This document shows positions 39,832 to 48,408 of a DNA stretch of 64,000 nucleotides, piece by piece; the first letter of the stretch is position 1, and each line of letters opens with the position of its first letter. The stretch covers positions 39,008-103,007 of the forward strand of contig CALAGQ010000085.1 in assembly GCA_937891765.1 (NCBI GenBank), read 5' to 3'. The DNA comes from an uncultured Nitrospina sp. (lineage in GTDB: Bacteria > Nitrospinota > Nitrospinia > Nitrospinales > VA-1). The notes below the pieces were generated by a model. It saw only the letters and a program-made list of their open reading frames with translations, ran no database searches and was not told where the DNA came from. The translations under genes and the position numbers were made by a program.

Positions 39832-41307
39832 CTAAACCATGTCCTGCTTTTTAATTTTTTCTATCTCTTCCCGAATCACCCTGCGGGCAATTTCTGGAGT
39901 GACCTCTCTCACCACCTCACGGATGGTTTTTAAAATTATATCCGACAATCCGGAAACTTCTTTTTCCAGCGAGGTGCCCAACGATCTTTTCAGGACCTGT
40001 TTAACCTCTTCGGCAATTGCTTGAGTGAAGTGGTCATCCCTGTCTTCATAACCCCAGTCCTTCGAACGTAAATTGCGCGGTTCCAAATCCCGATCCTGAT
40101 CAGAAAATCTGGAAATATAATCCAGATTCTCTTTTATGCCTTCTGGAGTTGAGGGACGCCTGCTCACCTCGGAAAACGCGCCCGGGGCCATGTGCTCTAA
40201 AAGATCTTCCGGTTCCGGGACGATGCCGCCTAACGATGACAATTCAGTGCGCTTCTCCTCATGGGTTGCTCCTCTACCTCCCATGGCAAGCTCCTTGAAG
40301 GCGGAATCCAATTCATCCATATTGTCCACTCCGCGCTTGCCCACCTCGGCAAATATCTCCGGCCCATCTGCATAGCCCAGACCTTCTTCCGGTTCGTCCG
40401 AATCGGACTCTGCAAAGGGAAAAGTCTCTTCTGCGGCTGGGTCGAAAGACTGAACAGACTCTTTGAGTTCTTCAACACCACGGATCATTTGATCCATAAT
40501 GTCATCATCATTTCCGGATTGCAGGGCAGGCGCTTGCAATTTTTCTTCTGGTGCAGGAGCAGGAGCATCAAGAAAATCAGAGAGCTCCATCGGCTCCATC
40601 AAATCCTCTTCGGGCAGATCTAAAGCCTCTGACAGAAGCTCCTCCGGCAACTCCACAGACTCGGGAAGTTCCAGTTCTTCATCCATCAATGCGAGAGTTT
40701 CGTCTTCGAGCGGTTCTCCGTCATCCACCTCATCTGAATTTTCCATTTCATCCGTCGAAAGTTTTTCTACCGCATTCAACAACTCCTCAAGACTGGGTTC
40801 CTCTTGCGGTTCCGGCACTTTCAGGTTGCTTATAATTTCTGCGGCCTCTTCCATATCTTCCATCGGTTGTTCGATGAGTTCCGAGTCGGCATCATCTAAA
40901 TCGGCGACGGGAAACGAAACGACATCTTCACCGCCGGATGAACCATCCAGTAGATTTTTGACCATGGACACAATGTCGTCCGACTTGAACGGTTTCGAAA
41001 TATGGTTATCGGCACCACAAGTTTGGTAGCGCTGCTCATCAAAATCTTCAAAGTCGCTGGCCAGCAGCAGAACTTTGATGCCACTCGTTTCCGGGGCTTC
41101 CTTAATTTTCGCGCTCAACTGGAAACCATCCAGTCCCGGCATATCGACATCTGCCAAAACAATATCAGGGTTAAATTCTGCAATTCGGTCGAAAGCTTCC
41201 TGCCCATTGCCAATGCCTTCAACCTCCATGTCCTCATTTTCAAAAGCCATGGAAACAATTTTTTGGATGGTGATGCTATCGTCAGCAACTAGAAGTCTGG
41301 ATGCCAT
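39832..41307 (-). CDS. response regulator: CheY-like receiver + long acidic/Pro-rich region + conserved C-terminal helical segment
   Basis: REC motifs LVADDS, LADVDMPGLDG, ISKPF. About 200 aa of D/E/L/P-rich sequence follow. The tail ends ...EVVREVTPEIARRVIREEIEKIKK. Confidence 0.8.
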   Translation of the reverse strand: MASRLLVADDSITIQKIVSMAFENEDMEVEGIGNGQEAFDRIAEFNPDIVLADVDMPGLDGFQLSAKIKEAPETSGIKVLLLASDFEDFDEQRYQTCGADNHISKPFKSDDIVSMVKNLLDGSSGGEDVVSFPVADLDDADSELIEQPMEDMEEAAEIISNLKVPEPQEEPSLEELLNAVEKLSTDEMENSDEVDDGEPLEDETLALMDEELELPESVELPEELLSEALDLPEEDLMEPMELSDFLDAPAPAPEEKLQAPALQSGNDDDIMDQMIRGVEELKESVQSFDPAAEETFPFAESDSDEPEEGLGYADGPEIFAEVGKRGVDNMDELDSAFKELAMGGRGATHEEKRTELSSLGGIVPEPEDLLEHMAPGAFSEVSRRPSTPEGIKENLDYISRFSDQDRDLEPRNLRSKDWGYEDRDDHFTQAIAEEVKQVLKRSLGTSLEKEVSGLSDIILKTIREVVREVTPEIARRVIREEIEKIKKQDMV

Positions 41308-41350
41308 GAAACTCAACCCTTTGGGATTTTGAAAAGAACTTCAGACGGGA

Positions 41351-41560
41351 CCGGCCCCTCTAGTGAGGGAGGCAAATAGCAAAGGCTCTATTGAGCCGCC
41401 AAGACTCTTTGCTAACCACCCTCTAGCGAGGGAGGTAAATGGTGATAAATATTAAGTCGCCAACATGGGTTTGAGCACCACAAAAGTATTGCTCATTTTC
41501 CCTAAGGTACCGCCCTGTTGCCCATTGGGTCCAGCTTCACGCTGGCGCCTAGTGGAGGGA
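41351..41560. repeat. largest cluster of hairpin repeat modules (locus E)
   Basis: CCCTCTAGTGAGGGAGGCAAAT (41356-41377). CTCTATTGAGCCGCCAAGACTCTTTGC (41386-41412). CCCTCTAGCGAGGGAGGTAAAT (41419-41440). A 41-nt module at 41515-41555 is 38/41 identical to the reverse complement of 61454-61494. Confidence 0.8.
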
Positions 41561-41739
41561 AAACCATGCATTCTCAACCAGTTAAGTATATCATAAATTT
41601 TCTAGCCAAAATAAAATTTTAGCCACCACCCTCATTTAAACCCTGAAATTAGCGATAAGTTTTAGATAGAGTGTGCCCGAACTCTATGTTTTAATAGAGA
41701 TAACATTTTAAGGATCAGATAGTTGGAGGCTTCCAGGCT

Positions 41740-43746
41740 TTGATTCGTTTGCAGCAGGTTCCCCATTCCATAAAAAAACTTGTGTCACGATGCGGCAGGG
41801 CAGTGCTTTTGCTCGGCACGTTGCTGGCCGTCTTCCCTTCCAGCGCATTAGCTCTGTATATTCAAATTGATGGGGTCGCTGACATCAAGTCCAACTTCAG
41901 CGAAGGGTGCTCGTCCATCACGGATATCACCAATCAGGCCGAACGCCAGAAAATAGATGTGGTCTTGTTTGGAGACTACGCTCGCAATTCCATTGAATTC
42001 GGAATCAAACCGTTTGAAAGAATTTTTAAAAATATCACTCAGGGGCCCTCAGTGCTCGACCGGGGAGTGGGAGGGTATTTATCAGAAATCAAGGATAACG
42101 ACCGCAAGTTTGAGCGCACCATATTGATTCCCGGAGTGGAAACCATCCCCTTTTATTTCTGGAGCGGGAGTAACTACGATAAAAACCTCACAGCCCACAA
42201 TTGGGACAAGCATCTGCTGGTTTTCGGAATGGATTCTGCCGAAGATTACGAGCAGTTGCCCTTGCCAAATAGTAATTTTTCAAAAAAATACACCCATGAG
42301 CTTCTCAATAATTTCATAATTATCGGGTTCCTCTTTATAGTGACAGTCGGGGCCGTCTACAAAGGTCATTTCCGCAAAATCACAGTGCCCCTCATGTTGC
42401 TCTTCGCCATGCTGACCGTAAACAATCACCCGTTTCAAAGCTCCCCTTTCGATCCTTACAATGGAGACCAAGGTGTGGCGCCTTATCAAAATTTAATAAA
42501 TTTTGCCACCTCCAAAGGCGCGTTGGTTTTCTGGAATCATATGGAAACCTCCGGTATCGGCCAGAAAGGCACCACCACCCTCGAAACTCTGCCTTACCCG
42601 AATGACCTGTTAACAACACAAAACTATACCGGGTTCCAGGCCGTGGGCAACGAACCGATCGGTCAAACCGATCCAGGCCAGCAATGGGATCAGGTGCTCA
42701 TGGAATATCTGAACGGAAATCGAGAGCAACCGGTTTGGGGTTTTGGCGGCAATGATTATCTTTGCGAAAACCAAAAGGGAGATAACCTGGGCTCCGTGCG
42801 TACCATTTTTCTTGTGCGTGAAAGAAATAACGACACCGTACTTGATGCGATGAAAAAGGGCAGGATGTACGCCGTCCGCCAAGCCGATGAAAACCGGCTC
42901 TCGCTCGATGAGTTCGTCGTCGAAGACCAGAAGGCCGGTAATCAGGTCACAATGGGACAGGAACTGGTTGCGACCGACTTCCCCACTATCAACCTGAAAC
43001 TTCGCTCCGTACAGGGAGGAAACAAGACCGCACAGATTCAGATCATCCGCAACGGAGCTCTCGTTAAAGAAGAAACTGTTTCCCTGCCCTCTGAGTTGAC
43101 CTGGAGGGATGTCGGCATAGACCGAAAAGAACCCGTTTATTATCGAGTCACGGCAACAGTCTCTCCTACAGACTATCTGGTTTCCAATCCAATTTTTGTG
43201 AAGTTTGCAGATATGGGGGTGGATGTCGTTTCGGCCACGACCCCCGCACCTTCGGCAGCACCTCCGGTTCGTGCTGCACGGGAACCGGTCGTGACTCCGA
43301 CCGCTCCGGTTGCACAACCCAAAGCGCCAAGGATGGCAGCACTTTCAGAGGCCCCGTTCCCCACACCGCCGACTATGTCGACCCCAACTCCAACTGAAGT
43401 TGCTGAAGTCCCTGAGCCTATGGCGCCAGTTACCGTTCCCCAACCCGACATGGCTGAACTGAATCCGGTCGACATGGCCGAATCCGCTCCGCAAGAACCG
43501 CCGTCGCCTCCAGGAAAACTCCTCACCGTACTGCTTGATGGAGTGGAGATGAAAAAAGGACCGGGGGAGATTTTCTCCAACATCACCAAACTCCGCAAAG
43601 GCCAGGAAGTCAGTTTCGTGAGAAGGACCAATATCGAACTCAATCACAGGAACTGGCTGGTCGTCAAATTCCAAAACCGCTCCGGCTACGTCTGGGAAGG
43701 TGTCCTAAAATGGAGTGGGGATGCCCCCACAGGCAACGAGCAATAG
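41740..43746 (+). CDS. membrane-associated protein with degenerate PHP-like N-terminal domain, Pro/Ala-rich linker and C-terminal SH3b-like domain
   Basis: TTG start and signal sequence. GVADIKSNFSEG...IDVVLFGDY resembles the PHP motif with the His residues replaced. Two central TM helices. The linker is rich in P/A/T/V. The tail GQEVSFVRR..NWLVVKF..SGYVWEGVL is SH3b-like. Confidence 0.6.
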   Translation: MIRLQQVPHSIKKLVSRCGRAVLLLGTLLAVFPSSALALYIQIDGVADIKSNFSEGCSSITDITNQAERQKIDVVLFGDYARNSIEFGIKPFERIFKNITQGPSVLDRGVGGYLSEIKDNDRKFERTILIPGVETIPFYFWSGSNYDKNLTAHNWDKHLLVFGMDSAEDYEQLPLPNSNFSKKYTHELLNNFIIIGFLFIVTVGAVYKGHFRKITVPLMLLFAMLTVNNHPFQSSPFDPYNGDQGVAPYQNLINFATSKGALVFWNHMETSGIGQKGTTTLETLPYPNDLLTTQNYTGFQAVGNEPIGQTDPGQQWDQVLMEYLNGNREQPVWGFGGNDYLCENQKGDNLGSVRTIFLVRERNNDTVLDAMKKGRMYAVRQADENRLSLDEFVVEDQKAGNQVTMGQELVATDFPTINLKLRSVQGGNKTAQIQIIRNGALVKEETVSLPSELTWRDVGIDRKEPVYYRVTATVSPTDYLVSNPIFVKFADMGVDVVSATTPAPSAAPPVRAAREPVVTPTAPVAQPKAPRMAALSEAPFPTPPTMSTPTPTEVAEVPEPMAPVTVPQPDMAELNPVDMAESAPQEPPSPPGKLLTVLLDGVEMKKGPGEIFSNITKLRKGQEVSFVRRTNIELNHRNWLVVKFQNRSGYVWEGVLKWSGDAPTGNEQ

Positions 43747-43812
43747 CTCATTCGACTGACAAAAATTATCTCGGCTTAAAAAGGTTTTCACTGGCCCCAC
43801 GTCAAGTGGCGG
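43722..43812. repeat. hairpin repeat modules (locus F)
   Basis: GGCAACGAGCAATAGC spans the stop of the plus-strand gene. A reverse TTAAGCCGAGATAAT...GTCAG module lies at 43754-43784. GGCCCCACGTCAAGTGGCGG (43793-43812) abuts the stop of the minus-strand methyltransferase gene. Confidence 0.7.
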
Positions 43813-44358
43813 TTAATGGTAGGTATTTATTTTGGTGCCTTTATCCAACTGGTAGAGGAAGAGTGTTTTGTCTTCGCTGACTTTGTCCGGGGTCATGCCA
43901 CGCAGGCAGAAGCGGTAGGAAACGATTCTTACGGAAGGTTTGAGTTTCTTTAAAATGTCCGGGAACAACTTGTCCATCGCCTGATGGGTCAGGTAAAGAT
44001 AAAGCACATCGGCAGAACCTGTATCAAAGTCAAACAAGTTCCCCCGCACAACACGCACCCTGTCATCAACTCCATTCATTCGTGCCAGCTGGCGCGCCAG
44101 CAAAACTTTTAAAGGATCAATCTCCACACCAATGGCATTGGCGGAAAACTCTTTGGCCGCAGCAATCAGCACACGGCCCTCACCGCACCCAAGATCGCAA
44201 AAAGTTTCTCCCGGCCGAAGTTCAGTGAACCGCAAAATCCGCCGGATCGTTCCGGGTAGGAGCGGATGCCAGGGAGCCCCGAAAAATACCGGCAATATCA
44301 CCATCGCCGCCAACAGCAGCAACCCGCAAATTAAAATTATTGTGTGAAGTTCGAACAT
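43813..44358 (-). CDS. membrane-anchored class I SAM-dependent methyltransferase
   Basis: N-terminal TM helix, then motif I FCDLGCGEGRVL. Confidence 0.8.
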   Translation of the reverse strand: MFELHTIILICGLLLLAAMVILPVFFGAPWHPLLPGTIRRILRFTELRPGETFCDLGCGEGRVLIAAAKEFSANAIGVEIDPLKVLLARQLARMNGVDDRVRVVRGNLFDFDTGSADVLYLYLTHQAMDKLFPDILKKLKPSVRIVSYRFCLRGMTPDKVSEDKTLFLYQLDKGTKINTYH

Positions 44359-44367
44359 AAAAGAATT

Positions 44368-46332
44368 TTAGGCCCCCGAAAAATCGTTTTCGGCCGAACT
44401 CTCAATCTCCTCTATCGCAACTGTCAGCTCATCCCATTCCTGCATCAGGATTTTCTCCTCAGCCTTCAGCGTTGTCTGCTCTGCCAAAGTTTCCAACAAC
44501 CGGGGTTTTTGATCTTCTTCATAAATACCAGCATCGGCAAGCCGCGTTTGCAGAGTTTCATTCGTGCACATTAGAACCTCCAAGCGGGACTCCACTTTCG
44601 CCAGTTTTTTTTGCAGAGGTTTCAGGTTTTTATAACGCTGGTTACGTTCTTCAGCTTCCTTTTTTTTTCGTTCCCGGTTCAACTGCGACGAAGAAAGGTC
44701 TTTGGCCAAGCCTGAAGAAGCTTCAACACTCTGAACCTCTTTGGATTTCTCCCATTCATAATCACTGTAATGACCGGGATAATCCTTAACCACTCCGCCT
44801 TCCACTTCCCACACGCGGTTGATAAATCCATCGAGGAAAAACCGGTCATGAGAAATGACCAGCAGGCTGCCTTCATAATCAGAAAGCACCGCCGCTAAAT
44901 GTTCCCGCGACCGCATATCGAGATGGTTCGTCGGCTCATCGAACAGAACTAATGAAGGAGGTTTCCCATTTCCATGAACGCTCGACCCACCGCACAACAT
45001 CCGCGCCAGAGCCAGCCGGGAGCGCTCTCCTCCTGACAAGACAGAAACTTTCTTCTCCACATCATCCCCGGCAAACAAAAACGCCCCAAGGATATTTCGT
45101 TTTGCAGTAAGCAGGAGTCCCGGCGCAGACTCTTCCAGAGATTGAAACACCGTATGGTTAAAATTCAACGTTTCACCCTGATGCTGGGCAAAGTAGGAGC
45201 GTGACACATTAGCGCCGAGTTTTATTTTGCCCTCATCCGGCTCAAGAGCGCCCGCCATCAGTTTCAAGAGGGTGGACTTTCCCGCACCGTTCTCGCCCAC
45301 CAGCGCCACTTTCCAGCCTCTTTCAAAATTGATGGAAAAATTCTGATACACCGTGAGCGGCCCATAACTTTTCGAGACTTCCTTCACCTCTAAAACATGG
45401 CGCCCTGTTCTCACCGGCTGAGGAAAACGAAAGTGAATCGTTTTTGTGCCTTGGGTCATTTGCACCCGTTCCATTTTATCCAGCATTTTTATTCGGCTTT
45501 GCACCTGGGTGGCTTTGGTATTTTTGGCGCGAAACCTTTCTATGAACCGTTCCACCTCGGCAATTTTGCGGCCCTGGTTAGCGGCCTGAGACTCCAACAA
45601 CTCCGCCCTCTCTTGCTTTTGCCTTTCATAGTCATCATAATTCCCGACATAAACTGAAAGCGCTCCGCGCTCCAACTCCACGGTCCGGCTTACCAGAGAA
45701 TTTAAAAACCTGCGATCATGAGAAATCAGCAGGACGCTACCCTCATAGGATTTCAGAAACGATTCCAACCAAACTACGGAACGCAGATCCAGATGATTGG
45801 ACGGCTCATCCAGCAGCAGGACATCGGGACTCTGCAACAACAAACGCGAAAGTTCGCAACGCATTCTCCAGCCGCCCGATAACTGGTCAAGAGGCTGGTT
45901 CCACTTTTCAGCCTTGATGCCCAGCCCAAGGAGAATGATTTTTGCCCGGGCCTCCCGATCATAGCCGCCCTGACGCTCAAACTCGTGTTGCAAATCTCCG
46001 TAGCGTTCGTGATAAGTCTGGCCCGATTCCAAGCGTTCCATTTCCGTTTTCACTTTAAGAAAATGTGGATCACCCAGCACCACCCTTTCGAGAACCGTTT
46101 CGCGGCCCACTTCCAGATCCTGTTCCAGCAAACCAAAACGCAGGCCCTTTCTAAGAACCACCTTCCCCGAGTCCGGCGTGGTTTTTCCTGTGATTACTTT
46201 AAAGAGCGTGGTCTTGCCGGTACCGTTTTCACCCACTAGCCCAACCTTCTCCTTTGGGCGCAGGTGGAAGCTGACATCCTCAAAGAGCACCTTGGAACCA
46301 AATTGCAAACCTACTTTTTCAACAAATATCAT
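44368..46332 (-). CDS. ABC-F family ATPase (two ABC domains, no TM domain, C-terminal coiled coil)
   Basis: Walker A GENGTGKTT and GENGAGKST. Signatures LSGGWRMR and LSGGERSR. SD GAGGG lies 7 nt upstream. Confidence 0.9.
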   Translation of the reverse strand: MIFVEKVGLQFGSKVLFEDVSFHLRPKEKVGLVGENGTGKTTLFKVITGKTTPDSGKVVLRKGLRFGLLEQDLEVGRETVLERVVLGDPHFLKVKTEMERLESGQTYHERYGDLQHEFERQGGYDREARAKIILLGLGIKAEKWNQPLDQLSGGWRMRCELSRLLLQSPDVLLLDEPSNHLDLRSVVWLESFLKSYEGSVLLISHDRRFLNSLVSRTVELERGALSVYVGNYDDYERQKQERAELLESQAANQGRKIAEVERFIERFRAKNTKATQVQSRIKMLDKMERVQMTQGTKTIHFRFPQPVRTGRHVLEVKEVSKSYGPLTVYQNFSINFERGWKVALVGENGAGKSTLLKLMAGALEPDEGKIKLGANVSRSYFAQHQGETLNFNHTVFQSLEESAPGLLLTAKRNILGAFLFAGDDVEKKVSVLSGGERSRLALARMLCGGSSVHGNGKPPSLVLFDEPTNHLDMRSREHLAAVLSDYEGSLLVISHDRFFLDGFINRVWEVEGGVVKDYPGHYSDYEWEKSKEVQSVEASSGLAKDLSSSQLNRERKKKEAEERNQRYKNLKPLQKKLAKVESRLEVLMCTNETLQTRLADAGIYEEDQKPRLLETLAEQTTLKAEEKILMQEWDELTVAIEEIESSAENDFSGA

Positions 46333-46437
46333 GAGGTGCCCTCAAGGCAATGGAGCTATACGTTCTTGTGCTAATCATGGACATATACTTTTTAATTACT
46401 GTTTATTAGCTTTCTCAACAAGCACTACGAGATGCCT

Positions 46438-47400
46438 TTAGGGATTTGTTCTCAGTTTCGGGTTGAACACTTCGCGCAGGCCTTCGCCGCAAAGGTTGAA
46501 GGCCAGCACCACAAACAGGATGGTGAATCCGGGAATGAATGTCAGCCAGGGTGCGTCGAACAAAAATGTTTTGCCATCGGCGAGAATATTGCCCCATGTC
46601 GCATCCGGCGGTTGCACACCAAAACCCAGAAAACTCAAACTCGACTCGGTCAGGATGGCCGTCGCCACACCGATGGTGGCCGAAACCAGAACCGGGGCAA
46701 TGGCATTAGGCACCATGTGTATAAAAATAATCCGCCATTCAGGAATCGCCTGGCTCTTGGCGGCGACGACAAAATCCTGATCGCGCAAAGACAAAAACTC
46801 TGCCCGGACAAACCGGGCTATGCCCATCCAACTGGTCAGGCCAATCACGATCATGATGTTGTAAATACTCGGCGGCAATAACGCGACCACCGTCAGAATC
46901 AAAAAGAAACTGGGAAAACAAAGCATGATATCGACAAAACGCATGATCAGCGTATCCACCGTGATGAACCCCAGTTTCACCCGGCCATAAAATCCCGCCA
47001 GTCCGCCCAGGAAAATCCCCACCGTCAGCGATATCCCCACCGCCACGAAGCCCACCGTCAATGAAACAAAACTGCCTTCCATCATACGGGCAAACACATC
47101 TCGCCCCAGTTCGTCTGTGCCCAATAAGTAGATTCCCATAATCGGCGCATCTTCTTTGGGAGTGATCTTGCTCGTGTAAGGAGTCAGAGGAGGCAGAAAT
47201 TTTTCGGACAGCCGCACAATTTTTGGATCAAAGACGACAATGTTCTGCGTCAACACCTTACCCATTATGGCGAGGGCAAATAATGCAATCAAAAACCAAA
47301 AACTGGCATAAGCCATGCGGTTGCGTTTGAGAAGCACCCAACGCTCCTCGAACAAACCTTTAGAGGGTGGCAGGGCATCGGCGTCGATTTGTTCGTTCAT
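46438..47400 (-). CDS. ABC transporter permease, oligopeptide/dipeptide type (OppC/DppC-like)
   Basis: 320 aa, 6-TM layout, typical DppC-like N-terminal region and C-terminal ...FNLCGEGLREVFNPK. Confidence 0.85.
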   Translation of the reverse strand: MNEQIDADALPPSKGLFEERWVLLKRNRMAYASFWFLIALFALAIMGKVLTQNIVVFDPKIVRLSEKFLPPLTPYTSKITPKEDAPIMGIYLLGTDELGRDVFARMMEGSFVSLTVGFVAVGISLTVGIFLGGLAGFYGRVKLGFITVDTLIMRFVDIMLCFPSFFLILTVVALLPPSIYNIMIVIGLTSWMGIARFVRAEFLSLRDQDFVVAAKSQAIPEWRIIFIHMVPNAIAPVLVSATIGVATAILTESSLSFLGFGVQPPDATWGNILADGKTFLFDAPWLTFIPGFTILFVVLAFNLCGEGLREVFNPKLRTNP

Positions 47401-47409
47401 AATATTACC

Positions 47410-48369
47410 TTAAAATTTTATGCGTGGGTCTGCCACGCCGTAGAGAATGTCGGAAATCAACGTGCCCAGTAAAACCAGAATGGCTGAGAAAAAAGTCAGC
47501 GTCAGAATGACCGGAAAATCCCGCGCCAGTATGGCTTCGAATCCCAACCGCCCCATCCCCGGCCATGCAAAAATAGTTTCAAAAATCACCGAGCCGCCGA
47601 TCAAACCGGGAATGGTCAAGCCGAACATGGTGATGAAAGGCAGGAGCGCATTGCGCAATCCGTGACGGTAGATGACCTGATCTTCAGGAAGCCCTTTGGC
47701 CCGGGCGGTGCGCATATAATCCTGATGAATCACTTCCAACATTTGCGAGCGGACGTAGCGCGATAAAACAGCCATTCCCCCTATTGCCGAAATCATTGCG
47801 GGCAGCGTCAAATGCCACACTCGGTCCATGGATCGGAATAATAACGGAGCCTCTTCCAAACCAAAGGTTCTCATTCCGATCACGGAGACATCAAAAGTCT
47901 TGACGATGAAAATGATTAACAAGTAAGCAAGAAAAAAACCAGGGATGGAAATCAGCCCATAAGAAATAAAAGTGCTGACTCTATCAAAGACCGAATTACG
48001 GCTTAAGGCCGCTTTAATTCCAATAGGAAACGCCAGAAACCAAATCATCATCATACTGACAATGAACAGGGGGACGGAATTGAGGAACCTGTCCCAGATT
48101 TTTTTCAGAACCGGCTGGTTATCTTTGAAGGATTTGAGTTCTCCGGTAAACAGGTCTCGCACCCAAAAAACATATTGCACGTGGAGGGGCTCGTCCAAGT
48201 GATAAGCCGCCCGAATGCGCTGAATGTCTTCCGCTTTCATTCTCGGGTTGGAAGGGTCCACCAACGCCGGTTCTCCCGGAGCCAGATGGATCACCGAATG
48301 AGAAATGATGGAAATAAAAACCAGCAGGACAAGCCTCTGCCAAATGTTTCGAATAATAAAGTTGATCAC
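47410..48369 (-). CDS. ABC transporter permease, oligopeptide/dipeptide type (OppB/DppB-like)
   Basis: 319 aa. ...HLAPGEP..., YMRTARAKGL, C-terminal ...YGVADPRIKF. Confidence 0.85.
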   Translation of the reverse strand: MINFIIRNIWQRLVLLVFISIISHSVIHLAPGEPALVDPSNPRMKAEDIQRIRAAYHLDEPLHVQYVFWVRDLFTGELKSFKDNQPVLKKIWDRFLNSVPLFIVSMMMIWFLAFPIGIKAALSRNSVFDRVSTFISYGLISIPGFFLAYLLIIFIVKTFDVSVIGMRTFGLEEAPLLFRSMDRVWHLTLPAMISAIGGMAVLSRYVRSQMLEVIHQDYMRTARAKGLPEDQVIYRHGLRNALLPFITMFGLTIPGLIGGSVIFETIFAWPGMGRLGFEAILARDFPVILTLTFFSAILVLLGTLISDILYGVADPRIKF

Positions 48370-48371
48370 TA

Positions 48372-48401
48372 TTGCCTCTAAGGCCCGTAGGAAGTTATAA
48401 T
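48372..48401 (+). promoter_or_regulatory. promoter-like TTGCCT-18-TATAAT, 7 nt upstream of the Nif3-like gene ATG
   Basis: Consensus -10 at 48396-48401 and ATG at 48409, with only TTCGGTC between them. Confidence 0.4.
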
Positions 48402-48408
48402 TTCGGTC

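Noticed and set aside
41351-41560. The repeat clusters as CRISPR arrays
   Set aside because: The units are heterogeneous, occur in both orientations, have irregular spacing with no unique spacers of constant length, and no cas genes are present.
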